From contig CAVRKH010000006.1 of the NCBI GenBank assembly GCA_963721655.1, positions 73,386 to 137,385 of the forward strand: DNA of 64,000 nucleotides, in the 5' to 3' direction. Below, in pieces: positions 26,459 through 35,898 of this stretch. This stretch comes from an uncultured Chloroflexia bacterium. GTDB lineage: Bacteria; Chloroflexota; Limnocylindria; Limnocylindrales; CSP1-4. How positions within the stretch are numbered: position 1 is the stretch's first letter; each line of letters starts with the position of its first letter. The translations under genes were made by a program, and so were the position numbers. The notes under the pieces were generated by a model that was not told the DNA's origin, searched no databases, and saw only the letters and a program-made list of their open reading frames with translations.

Positions 26459-28066
26459 CTATTCGCGCGACCCGGCACCGGCCGCGACGGCCTCCCGCCC
26501 GGACGACGCGCCGAGGCGCTCCAGGAGATGGTCACCGACGCGGATGGCGTTGGCCATCGCCGTCAGCGCCGGGTTCACCGCGCCGATGCTCGGGAAGAAG
26601 CTCGTATCGACGACGTACAGGTTGTCGAGCTCGTGCGCCTTGCAGTTGACGTCGAGGACCGACGTGGCCGGGTCAGTCCCGAATCGCGTGGTGCCCACCT
26701 GGTGGGCGACGCCCGCGATCGGGATGTCGTTCTTGAGGTACGTCGTCCGCGGCAGCAGGTGCTCGGGATGCATGCCGAGATGGCCGAGCATCGACTTGAG
26801 CTTGCCGTACAGCTGCTTCTTCGGTTCCTGGTTGGTGTACGTGTAGCTGAGCGTGATGTTGCCGTCGGCGGCGAGCGTGACGCGGTTGTCCGGTCGGGGC
26901 AGGTCCTCGGTCGACAGCCAGAAGTCGACGGCGTGCGTGGCGACCTCGTCGAGCGAGAACGTCGGCGCGAGCTTGGTCTGGAGCGGCTTCTCGCCCCTGA
27001 ACATCGGGGCGGACGACTTGCCGACCATCTGGATGTTGCCCATCGGGTACTCGAAGCCGGGCATCCCGAAGTAGAAGTCGTTGACGCCGAGCGTCTTCTG
27101 GAACTTGGTCGGGTTGGGCTCCTTCGAGACCGCCAGGACGGCCGTGCTGTTGTGGAACATGTAGTTGCGACCGACCTGGTCGGAGCCGTTGGCGAGGCCG
27201 TTCGGGTGTCGGTCGGTGGCCGACGCCAGCAGCAGCTTTGCGGAGTTCGCAGCACCCGCCGAAACGACCACGATGTCGGCACGGAACGTGGCCGGCTCGC
27301 CGGCGAGGTCGACCTCGACGCCGGTCACCGTCGAACCTGCGGCGTCGGTCGTCAGCTTCTTGACGTGTGCGTTGGTCAGGAGCGTGACGTTCGGATGCTG
27401 GAGGGCAGGCCGGACACCGAAGATCTCGGCGTCCGACTTGGCCTGAACGAGCGACGGGAAACCGTCGCACGTGGCGCAGCGGATGCACGGGCTGAAGGGC
27501 ATGTTGCCCTCGAGGAGCCGGATCCCGCACGGCGCGTGGAAGGGGTGGAACCCTGCGCGCTCGAGGTCATCGGAGAGCTGCTGGATCCGCGGCTCATGCG
27601 ACACCGCCGGGAACGGGTAGGCCGTGCTCGACGGCGGCTCGGTCGGATCCTCGTCGTGGCTGCCGTGGACCTCGTACAGCTGCTCGGCCTTCGAGTAGTA
27701 CGGCTCGAGGTCCTCGTATGAGATGGGCCACGCGGGCGAGATGCCGTCGTGATGCTTGAGCTCTCCGAAGTCCTCCCGCCGGAGCCGATAGAGGGCAGCG
27801 CCGTAGAACTTGGTCTGGCCGCCGACGTAGTAGTGGATCCCGGGCTGGAAGCCCTTGCCCTTGTCGTCGTACCAGGTGTCCTTCGACACGTAGCGGTTCT
27901 TGACGAAGACCGCGTCGGCGTCCCAGTTCTCGATCTCGCGTGGGAGCCAGTCGCCGCGCTCGAGGATGAGGATCCGCTTGCCCGACGGGGCGAGGTGCCC
28001 GGCAAGCGTGCCCCCGCCGGCTCCACTCCCGATGATGATCACGTCGTACGTGCGATCGTCTGTCAT
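26459..28066 (-). CDS. GMC-family FAD-dependent oxidoreductase
   Basis: N-terminal YDVIIIGSGAGGG dinucleotide motif and C-terminal GMC signature …GTTRFGTDPATSVLDVNCKAHELDNLYVVDTSFFPSIGAVNP. The start ATG overlaps the ndh stop. Confidence 0.8.
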   Translation of the reverse strand: MTDDRTYDVIIIGSGAGGGTLAGHLAPSGKRILILERGDWLPREIENWDADAVFVKNRYVSKDTWYDDKGKGFQPGIHYYVGGQTKFYGAALYRLRREDFGELKHHDGISPAWPISYEDLEPYYSKAEQLYEVHGSHDEDPTEPPSSTAYPFPAVSHEPRIQQLSDDLERAGFHPFHAPCGIRLLEGNMPFSPCIRCATCDGFPSLVQAKSDAEIFGVRPALQHPNVTLLTNAHVKKLTTDAAGSTVTGVEVDLAGEPATFRADIVVVSAGAANSAKLLLASATDRHPNGLANGSDQVGRNYMFHNSTAVLAVSKEPNPTKFQKTLGVNDFYFGMPGFEYPMGNIQMVGKSSAPMFRGEKPLQTKLAPTFSLDEVATHAVDFWLSTEDLPRPDNRVTLAADGNITLSYTYTNQEPKKQLYGKLKSMLGHLGMHPEHLLPRTTYLKNDIPIAGVAHQVGTTRFGTDPATSVLDVNCKAHELDNLYVVDTSFFPSIGAVNPALTAMANAIRVGDHLLERLGASSGREAVAAGAGSRE

Positions 28067-29392
28067 CCCCCATCTCCTCTGGCTGCCGGCGCGGCTACCG
28101 CCACGTCGTCGTCTTCCCATTGCATGCGCGGTTCGCCGCTGCGATCGAGCGCCTGCGGCGCCCGTTCCTTTCCGAAGAAGTCCACGGCCCAGCTCTTGAA
28201 CGCATCCACCCGGTTGCTGCCGCCGGTCATCAGCGCCGCATGGACGCCGAGCCAGGCCGCAAAGGCGAGCTTCCCGTGGAGCTCGACCCCCGGCGGCACC
28301 TGGGCAATCGCCGCTCCGCGCCCGATCATCGCCATCGTGCCCTTGTCGAGGTAGTGGAACGGCTTGGCCGCCTTGCCTTCGATGTCGGCGAGGATCGTCT
28401 TCGCGGCCGCCCCGCCGCTCTGCAGCGCAACCGACCCGAGCTGCGGATACGTCTTGCCGTCCTTGTGCGGGATGTTCGCGACGTCGCCGATGGCAAGGAC
28501 TCCGGGAAAGCCCGCCACCGTAAAGTCCGGCTGCACGTCGATCCGTCCGCCGCGACCCTGCGGCAGGCCGCTGGCTCCGGCGACCGGAGCCGCCATCAGG
28601 CCGCCGCCCCAGATCACCGTGCGCGTTCGGATCACGCGGTCGTCGGACAGCTTCACGTGACCGGGTCCGATCTCGGTCACCTTCAGGCCCATGAGCAGCT
28701 CGACGCCGTCCTTGGTCAGCCTGTCAGCGGTGTACTTGTGCCCCTTGTCGGCGAACATCGCGAGGAGCGCATCGCCGTGATTGACGAGGTACACCTTCGC
28801 CTTGGGGGCGAGCTCGGGGAACTCGTGGACCATCGTGGTCGCGATCATCTCGGACAGGGCACCGGCGACCTCCACCCCCGTCGGGCCGCCGCCCACGATC
28901 ACGAACGTGATCGCGCCGTCGTCGGCCCTGCCGGCGTCCCAGTCCGCCTCCTCGAAGGCCTGGATGATCCGGGTCCGCAGTCGCTCCGCGTCGTCGAGCG
29001 AGTAGAGCGGGAAGGCGTGTTCGGCCCCCGGCGTCCCGAAGAAGCTCGGCTGGGATCCTGCCGCGAGGACCAGGTAGTCCCCGCTGAAGGTCTCGCCGCT
29101 GGCCGTCGTGACGCTGCGGGCGACCGGATCGACCGAGACCACGTCGCGCCGATGCGCGGTGAGGTTGTCGTACTCCGCGGCGATCTTGCGCAGCGGGTAG
29201 GCGATGTCGCCTGGCGCGAGCATCGACGTGGCCACCTGGTACAGCAGCGGCTGGAACTGGTGGTAGTCGTTGCGGTCGAGGAGGGTGACCTCGACCCGGT
29301 CCGAGTGCTTGACGAGCGCTCGTGCGCAGTTGACGCCGGCGAAACCGCCGCCGACAACGACGACCCGGGTCGGGTCAGTTGGAGTCGCTCAT
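28063..29392 (-). CDS. ndh: Type II NADH:quinone oxidoreductase (NDH-2), apparent frameshift near 29380
   Basis: MSDSN then (after a 1-nt shift) TRVVVVGGGFAGVNCARAL…DRNDYHQFQPLLYQVAT. A second dinucleotide fold FVIVGGGPTGVE follows in the 28063..29235 ORF. Confidence 0.85.
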
Positions 29393-31482
29393 CGAGCTGT
29401 CCTCCCGGGTACTCGGGCCCCGTTGCCGTTGCCGTGCCACTGCTCGACGTTGACGCGGCCACGCCCGAACGCGTCGAGCCGGCCCCAGCGACCGGGGATG
29501 TCGAGCAGCTCGAGATGGCCGATCGATGCAGGCAGCACCGGATCGACCACCAGGTGGTCGCCGGTCGGCTCGAGGCCGAGCATGGTGCGCAGGAGCAGGA
29601 GCGGTGCGCCGGTGGACCAGGCCTGCGGGCTGCACGCCGTCGGGTACTGAACCGGGTACTTGGTCAGCTCTCGGTCGTAACCCCCAAAGGCCTCGGGCAG
29701 CCGGCCGTTGAAGACGACAGCCGCGTCGAGGATGTCCGAGGCGATCCGTGCCGCCTCCTCCTTGTAGCCGTAGTTACGGAGGCCCCAGGCGATGAACGAG
29801 TTGTCGAACGGCCAGACGGTGCCGAGGTGGTACCCGATGGGGTTGTAGCGACCTTCACCTTTCGCCATCGTGCGGACACCCCAACCGGAGTACAGCCGCG
29901 GGCCCATCAGGTGCCCGACGACGGCCTTGGCCTTCGAGGCGTCGACGATCCCGCTCCACAGCAGATGGCCGATGTTCGACGCCAGCGCATCCACCTGGCT
30001 GCCGTCAGCGTCGAGCGCCAGGGCGTAGTACTCCCGATCGGCAAGCCAGAAATCGCGGTTGAAGCGCCGCTTGAGATCAGCGGCCTGTGCCTCCAGCCGC
30101 TCTGCGTATTCGGGATCCTTCCAGACGAGCCGGGCCAGCCGGGCACCGCGAATCTTTGCGTCGTACGCGTAGCCCTGCAGCTCGCAGGTCGCGCGCGGGA
30201 AGTCCGGCAGCCGGCCGTCGCTGTAGGCGATCGAGTTCCAGGAGTCCTTCCAGGCCTGGTTCTCCAGGCCGGTCTGCTCGTTCCGGCGCTTGTACGAGAT
30301 GTAGCCGTTGCCCATCAGGTCGGCGTACTCGTCGATCCAGTTGAGCGCGGCACGTGCCTCGTATTCGAGGTCGCGGACAAGCTTGCGGTCGCCGGTCCAG
30401 CGCTCGTACTCGTCGAGCAACACGACATAGAGTGGCGTCGCGTCTGCCGAGCCGTAGTACGGCGAATGCGGCCGCTCCTCGAATGCGGCCATCTCGCCGT
30501 AGCGCATTTCGTGGAGGATCCGACCTGGGTCCTCGTCGCGGAAGTCGTCGCGGCGGCTGCCCTGCCAGTCCCCGAGCGCGCGCAGCGTTGTCGCCGCGAG
30601 CTCGGGGGCGAACGGGAGCGACTGGAGACTGGTGAAGATGCTGTCGCGACCGAACATGGTCATGAACCATGGGAGCCCGGCGGCCGGCAGGCTCTTGCCG
30701 CCGGCGACGGGCGGCGAGAACCGCAACGCGGCGAGGTCGACGAGGCATTTTCGGTAGATCAAGCGAAGCGGATCCCAGTCGCTCTCGAGTCGGGGGGCGT
30801 CGCTGAGCCACTTGTCGAGGCTGCGTTCCATGTTCGGGCGCGCCTGCTTGCGGCCGCGCTCGTACTTCGGCCGCGCGTACGTTCCGCCCTGCCCAAGTGC
30901 CGTCACGACTTCGAGATCGGTGGTCCAGCTGCTGTGCGGCTCGAGGCGCACCTTGAACGACAGGCCCTTCTCGTCGACGCTGGCCTTGGCCGACGCAGAG
31001 ATCGTCGTTTCACGACGGAACGTGTCGCGCTGGTAGGCGAGCCGCAAGCGGCCGTCCTCGACGGTCGTCGCGTAACTGCCGAGCTTCTTGAGCGCGTCCT
31101 TGATCTCGAAGAGGTCGGCGAAATCGCTCCCGGCGTCGATCCGGATGTCGAGATCGACGACCTCGTCCAGGTGGTTGAGGATCGTCAGCTCCTCGTGGAA
31201 CCCGTAGCCGACGGCGCGCTGCCGGATGACGGACAGCTTGGCGTCGATGTAGACCGTGCCGGTCCCCGGCACGAGGAAGAAGCGGGACTCGAAATACTGC
31301 AGATCGTCGATCGACAGGGGGTTGAGCTTCTGGCCGTTGATCGTCAGGACCCACTTCGACAGGAAGCGCGTGTCGAACGAAAACAGGCCGGTTGGCTCCG
31401 AGGGCAGGGACTCGATGTCGCCCCGTTCGTCACAGACGACGAACGTGTTGCCATCGAGGATCCGGATCATCTGGCCGGCCAT
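29389..31482 (-). CDS. Amylo-alpha-1,6-glucosidase family protein (GDE_C-type glycogen-debranching-like)
   Basis: MAGQMIRILDGNTFVVCDERGDIE N-domain and GLPWFMTMFGRDS…LHEMRYGE C-domain motifs. A GGAGGGG RBS precedes the ATG. The track ORF continues in-frame upstream into the SCP2-like gene. Confidence 0.8.
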   Translation of the reverse strand: MAGQMIRILDGNTFVVCDERGDIESLPSEPTGLFSFDTRFLSKWVLTINGQKLNPLSIDDLQYFESRFFLVPGTGTVYIDAKLSVIRQRAVGYGFHEELTILNHLDEVVDLDIRIDAGSDFADLFEIKDALKKLGSYATTVEDGRLRLAYQRDTFRRETTISASAKASVDEKGLSFKVRLEPHSSWTTDLEVVTALGQGGTYARPKYERGRKQARPNMERSLDKWLSDAPRLESDWDPLRLIYRKCLVDLAALRFSPPVAGGKSLPAAGLPWFMTMFGRDSIFTSLQSLPFAPELAATTLRALGDWQGSRRDDFRDEDPGRILHEMRYGEMAAFEERPHSPYYGSADATPLYVVLLDEYERWTGDRKLVRDLEYEARAALNWIDEYADLMGNGYISYKRRNEQTGLENQAWKDSWNSIAYSDGRLPDFPRATCELQGYAYDAKIRGARLARLVWKDPEYAERLEAQAADLKRRFNRDFWLADREYYALALDADGSQVDALASNIGHLLWSGIVDASKAKAVVGHLMGPRLYSGWGVRTMAKGEGRYNPIGYHLGTVWPFDNSFIAWGLRNYGYKEEAARIASDILDAAVVFNGRLPEAFGGYDRELTKYPVQYPTACSPQAWSTGAPLLLLRTMLGLEPTGDHLVVDPVLPASIGHLELLDIPGRWGRLDAFGRGRVNVEQWHGNGNGARVPGRTAR

Positions 31483-31499
31483 CGTCAACCCCTCCGCTT

Positions 31500-31865
31500 T
31501 CCGATGGTCCGTGCCGACGATTGAATTCTTGCGTTTGGTCGGTGGCGGGAAGAGGCGCTGGAAGCGGACAAGGAGCCCTGGATTGCCCGCGATATCGAGC
31601 TCGCTCCGGAGCGCGGAGGCCAACGCGTTGGCTCGACCCGTGGCGAGATCGTCGAACAGGCTTCCGCTCGCCCGGATGACGCAGATCGGCGTCCGCGTCG
31701 GACTGCGAGACGGCGACGGTTCCGCGGCGCATCTCGACGTGCCAGTGCTGGATGCCCCCGTCGCGCTCGAGGTCGACCCGGAGCGTCCCGGTCGTTCGCT
31801 CAAGCTCCGGAACCGAGCCTCGCTCGGGCAAGCTGATCGAAGAACGCAGACGTCGCGTCGGCCAT
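31500..31865 (-). CDS. SCP2/sterol-carrier-like small protein (conserved actinobacterial), two apparent frameshifts; 3' end unresolved
   Basis: MADATSAFFDQLAR (frame 1), then ERTTGTLRVDLERDGGIQHWHVEMRRGTVAVSQSDADADL (frame 2), then IRASGSLFDDLATGRANALASALRSELDIAGNPGLLVRFQRLFPPP (frame 3, which is also the GDE frame with no intervening stop). Confidence 0.45.
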
Positions 31866-32161
31866 CCGGAACCCCCTGGCTCAAACGTCAAGTGCCCCAC
31901 TTGGGGGCGGCCGGAGGGCGTGGTGTGCGCGAGCGGCCGCTTGGCGGTCCGGGACAGCGACCGCCGTTTCTGTCTGGGATTCGTCGATCCCACGATTTCG
32001 GTGTCGTTGCAGTTTGATCCAGATTGCAAGCGGCGTCATTAACGCGGTGTTGCGTTCCGGAATTGTCTCGGGCGGTGAGCCCGTCCGAGCTTCTCGCCAA
32101 CGATCCCCGTTTGAGCCGTGTCCGGCGAGGGTGCCCGCACGAGTGTTGGCGAGGTGACCGC

Positions 32162-33373
32162 CTAGCCGTGCATCGCGGCAACGTCGGCACGAGTTGGCCG
32201 CGTGAGTCCGATCCGGTAGTCGTACATCCAGCCGAGGGACTTCTCGGTGATCACCCAGTGGAAGAGGATCCGCAGCATCACGTCGCGGACGACCCGCCCG
32301 AATCGTCCGGGCACCTTGTTGCTGCTGCCGCGCGCGCCCCACGCGACGATCTTCTCGACGCGCTCCCGCCGACCCCGCTCAAACGCGGCGAAAGCCGCCT
32401 CGATCGATGCCGCCCGGTCGAGCTCTCCGGCCAGGGCGATCGCGTCCTCGATTGCCATCGAGGCACCTTGACCGGAGGTCGGTGCGGGGGCATGCGCGGC
32501 ATCGCCGATGATGATCAGCGGGCCGCGATGCCAGACCGGGACGTGGCGGAGGTCGTGCGTGTTGTCGGCGGCCAGCTCGAGCTCGCCGGTCTCGATCAGC
32601 TCGACCGCCGGCCCGGCGTCTCCTGCGAAGAGACGAGCCAGCTGTCGCCGCCAGGCGTCGTCGCTGGTCGAGGCTCGCTCGTCCGGCGTGATCTGTGGGC
32701 GCGGCACATTCGCGAACCACACGACGTCACCGGCCGGCGTGGCCTGGTAGCCGAAGAATGCCTGCCGCCCGAAGATCAGGTGCCAGGCCTCGGGCTCGAT
32801 GTCCTTCGCGGCGCCGCGCGTCACGCCGCCAAAGTTCGTCAGGCCGACGTAGCGGCCCGCCGGCGCGTCGGGATCGATGACTCGGCGGACCACGGAGTGC
32901 ACGCCGTCCGCCCCGATGAGCAGGTCGCCCGAAGCGGTGCTGCCGTCATCGAACCTGGCGAGTACGCGACCGTCCGCAGCCACCTCGGCCGTGCTGAGCC
33001 GCCGGCCGTATTCGATCCGGATCCCTCGCCGAATTGCCTCATCCTGGAGCACGCGCGTCAGCCGCGACCGCTTCATCGTGTGCGCCGCCGGGCTGCCCGG
33101 CAGCGACGAGTCGAGGGGCAGCGACGCCAGCCGGCGTCCGGCCTCGTTCCACAGGACGTTGCGCCGCGTCGGGAAGCCGGCGGCGATCGCGAGCTCGCGT
33201 GCACCGATCGCCGCCAGCGCCTCGAGGCCATTCGCGGTGACGGTGAAATAGGAGCCGAGCTCGCCGTCGGATGGCGGATGCGACTCGAAGATCGTGGCTT
33301 CGATGCCGACCTGCTGGAGGGCCATCGCGGTGACGGTACCGGCGACGCCGGCGCCCACAATCAGTGCGTGCAT
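32162..33373 (-). CDS. FAD-dependent monooxygenase (aromatic hydroxylase-type flavoprotein)
   Basis: MHALIVGAGVAGTVTAMAL GxGxxG, DG motif GADGVHSVVR, and GD motif IIGDAAHAPAPTSGQGASMAIEDA. Intact 403 aa. Confidence 0.8.
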   Translation of the reverse strand: MHALIVGAGVAGTVTAMALQQVGIEATIFESHPPSDGELGSYFTVTANGLEALAAIGARELAIAAGFPTRRNVLWNEAGRRLASLPLDSSLPGSPAAHTMKRSRLTRVLQDEAIRRGIRIEYGRRLSTAEVAADGRVLARFDDGSTASGDLLIGADGVHSVVRRVIDPDAPAGRYVGLTNFGGVTRGAAKDIEPEAWHLIFGRQAFFGYQATPAGDVVWFANVPRPQITPDERASTSDDAWRRQLARLFAGDAGPAVELIETGELELAADNTHDLRHVPVWHRGPLIIIGDAAHAPAPTSGQGASMAIEDAIALAGELDRAASIEAAFAAFERGRRERVEKIVAWGARGSSNKVPGRFGRVVRDVMLRILFHWVITEKSLGWMYDYRIGLTRPTRADVAAMHG

Positions 33374-33443
33374 GGGTGTATCCTTCGTACCGTTTCGATG
33401 TATCTCGTTTTAGAGATCTCTCGTATATCGAAGGATATGCCGG
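33374..33443. promoter_or_regulatory. AT-rich divergent promoter/operator region between the monooxygenase and MarR genes
   Basis: A 70-bp interval far below window GC. It contains the perfect palindrome AGAGATCTCT and an outer imperfect inverted repeat ATCCTTCG…CGAAGGAT. Confidence 0.5.
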
Positions 33444-33908
33444 ATGCCGAGCAAGCGTCAAGACCTCATCGCGTCTGTTGGCAGGGCCACCCAGGCCTAC
33501 CAGCGGGCGACGGACGGCTTCGACGATGAAGTGGGGCGGAGGCTCGGTCTGAACCCGACCGATCTGCGCTGCCTCGACTGGCTGAGCGAGACGGCGATGA
33601 CGGCTGGCGAGCTCGCGGAGGCGACCGGCCTCTCGAGCGCCGCAACGACGACGTTGCTCGATCGGCTCGAGCGGAAGGGTTTTGTCCAACGGGAACGCGA
33701 CACGGTCGATCGGCGCAAGGTCAGGGTCGCGATGACGCCCTCGGGACGGGAGCAGGTCGGCGCCCTGTACGGGCCGCTGGCACGCGACGGCGGCCAGGGA
33801 TTGGCGCGGTTCACCGACGCCGAGCTCGCGAAGGTGCTCGACTTCCTCGGCGAGGCGACCGAGCTCGTCGATCGGCACCGCCGGCGCCTCAGATCAACCC
33901 GCGGCTGA
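33444..33908 (+). CDS. MarR-family transcriptional regulator
   Basis: Winged HTH …LNPTDLRCLDWLSETAMTAGELAEATGLSSAATTTLLDRLERKGFVQRERDTVDRRKVRVAMTPSGRE. Intact 154 aa. Confidence 0.85.
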   Translation: MPSKRQDLIASVGRATQAYQRATDGFDDEVGRRLGLNPTDLRCLDWLSETAMTAGELAEATGLSSAATTTLLDRLERKGFVQRERDTVDRRKVRVAMTPSGREQVGALYGPLARDGGQGLARFTDAELAKVLDFLGEATELVDRHRRRLRSTRG

Positions 33909-33968
33909 TTCCTGCCCAGAGCCGAAGGCTCTGACCTCCGGCCGAGACCGGGCTGGCTTCAGCCTCGG

Positions 33969-34331
33969 CTACTTCTTGTGCGGGGCGAAGCTGCCTTCCT
34001 CGGCGGACTCAGGCGTGAGCGGTTGGCTGCGCTCGCCGGCGGCGAAATCGCCGTGCATCTCAGCCTCGCGCTTCTCCTCTTCCGTCATCGGCTTGGTTCG
34101 CTCGCCGCCCGCGAAATCTCCTTCGAGGAGGGCTGACTCCTCGGCTTCGGGTGACAGCGGCTTGGAGCGCTCGCCGGCGGCGAAGTCGCCGTGGAGCTCC
34201 TTCTCCGTCTTTTCGTCCACGATGGACCTCCCGGGTTCGGCACGTCGGCGTTGCGGTCCCAGCGACCCCGCGAAACCGCCGCCGGCGGACGCCGTCATCA
34301 TGCTCCCGACCTCGGCCGCTGTACACCGCAA
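33969..34331 (-). CDS. Small charged tandem-repeat protein (three 23-aa GDFAAGER-[ST]KP repeats), function unknown
   Basis: HGDFAAGERSKPLSPEAEESALLE / GDFAGGERTKPMTEEEKREAEMH / GDFAAGERSQPLTPESAEEGSFAPHKK. Periodic 69-nt DNA repeats are visible at 33990-34240. The start may instead be MMTAS near 34300. Confidence 0.5.
   Translation of the reverse strand: MRCTAAEVGSMMTASAGGGFAGSLGPQRRRAEPGRSIVDEKTEKELHGDFAAGERSKPLSPEAEESALLEGDFAGGERTKPMTEEEKREAEMHGDFAAGERSQPLTPESAEEGSFAPHKK
33990..34240. repeat. Approximately 69-nt tandem coding repeats (3 to 3.5 copies)
   Basis: Recurring gcgctcgccggcggcgaaatcgccgtg-like units in the DNA, matching the protein repeats. Confidence 0.6.
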
Positions 34332-34421
34332 ATCGTCGCCGCCATCCGCCGGCCTCTACCCGCCGAGGCGGCGCTGCGCGATACTCCGCGGACCGAGGGA
34401 CCAGCGGCAGGAGACGATTTG

Positions 34422-35895
34422 ATGGCGGTCGCGGCACTTCCGACCTTCCGGACGAAGGCATTCATCGACGGGCAGTTCCGGGACGCCGCGTCGGGCGAGA
34501 CATTCGTGACCGAGAACCCGGCCACGGGCCGGCCGATCGCGACGATCGCAGCGGGCGGCGCGGCCGACATCGATGCCGCGGTCCGGGCAGCGCGCCGGGC
34601 ATTCGACGACGGGCGCTGGTCGCGGCGCGCCCCGGCCGAGCGCAAGGAGGTCCTCCTCCGCTTCGCCGACCTGCTCGAGGCGAACCTCGAAGAGCTCGCC
34701 CTCCTCGACTCCCTCGAGGGCGGCAAGCCGATCACCGACACGCGCGAGGTCGACGTCCCCGATGCGGTGCGGACGTTCCGCTGGTTCGCGGAGGCGATCG
34801 ACAAGGTCTTCGACGCCGTCGCGCCGACCGGTCCGGACGCCCTCGGTCTGATCGTCCGCGAGCCGATCGGCGTGGTGGGCGCGGTGGTCCCCTGGAACTT
34901 CCCCCTCCTGATGGCGACCTGGAAGGCCGCCCCGGCCCTCGCGGCCGGCAACAGCCTGATCATCAAGCCCGCCCGGCTGACATCGATGTCGGCGCTTCGG
35001 ATGGCCGAGATCGCGTCGGAGGCCGGGCTGCCGGACGGTGTCCTCAACGTCGTGCCGGGGTCGGGATCCGACGCCGGCCAGGCACTCGGGCGGCACATGG
35101 ACGTCGACATGGTGACGTTCACCGGTTCGACGGAAACCGGCCGCCAGTTCCTGCACTACTCCGCGGAGAGCAACCTCAAGGAAGTCGCGCTCGAGATGGG
35201 CGGCAAGAGCCCGCAGGTCGTGCTGGCCGATCCGCCCGACCTGGACCGCGTCGCCGAGCAGGTCCTCCTCGCGGGGCTCATGAACATGGGCGAGAACTGC
35301 TCGGCCGGATCGCGACTGCTGGTCCACCGCTCGGTTCGCGACGACCTGGTCGAGCACCTCGTCGAGGGCCTCAAGGCGTGGCCGGTCGGCGACCCGCTTG
35401 AGGCGGAGACCCGCCTCGGCCCGATGGTCGAGAAGCCGCACCTCGACAAGGTCCTCGGCTACATCGAGAAGGGGCGGGCCGAGGGCGCACGGATCGTGAC
35501 CGGCGGCGAGCGGACGCTGACCGAGACGGGCGGCTACTTCGTGGCGCCGACGATCTTCGACGACGTCCGCAACACGATGACGATCGCGCGCGAGGAGATC
35601 TTCGGCCCGGTCATCTCACTCGTGCCGTTCGACGACGAGGACGAGGCGATTCGAGCTCGCGAACCAGACCAGCTACGGCCTCGCGGCCTCGGTGTACACG
35701 ACGAACCTCGAGCGTGCGATCCGCTTCGCGCGTGCGATCCGCGCCGGCACCGTCGGCGTGAACGCCTATTCCGAGGGCGACATCACGACGCCGTTCGGCG
35801 GCTACAAGGAGTCGGGCTTCGGCGGCCGCGACAAGGGCCTCGAGGCGTTCGAGCAGTACACCGAGAAGAAGACGATCTGGTTCGCGCTGAGCTGA
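34422..35895 (+). CDS. NAD(P)-dependent aldehyde dehydrogenase, apparent frameshift near 35655
   Basis: ALDH motifs VVPWNFPLLM, catalytic LEMGGKSP and GENCSAGSRLLV. The C-terminus YGLAASVYTTNLERAIRFARAIRAGTVGVNAY…GGYKESGFGG is in frame 35692..35895. Confidence 0.9.
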
Positions 35896-35898
35896 GCC

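Noticed and set aside
28120-31524. 1134-aa ORF on the plus strand, and other very long plus-strand ORFs (for example 13642..16167 at 841 aa, 15459..16943, 58126..61014 beyond the first about 560 codons).
   Set aside because: These are antisense shadow ORFs of real minus-strand genes (ndh/GDE, cydC/cydD), typical of 70% GC DNA. Their translations are low-complexity R/G/P/A-rich with no family motifs. The 58126..61014 ORF is really two genes joined by frame artefacts.
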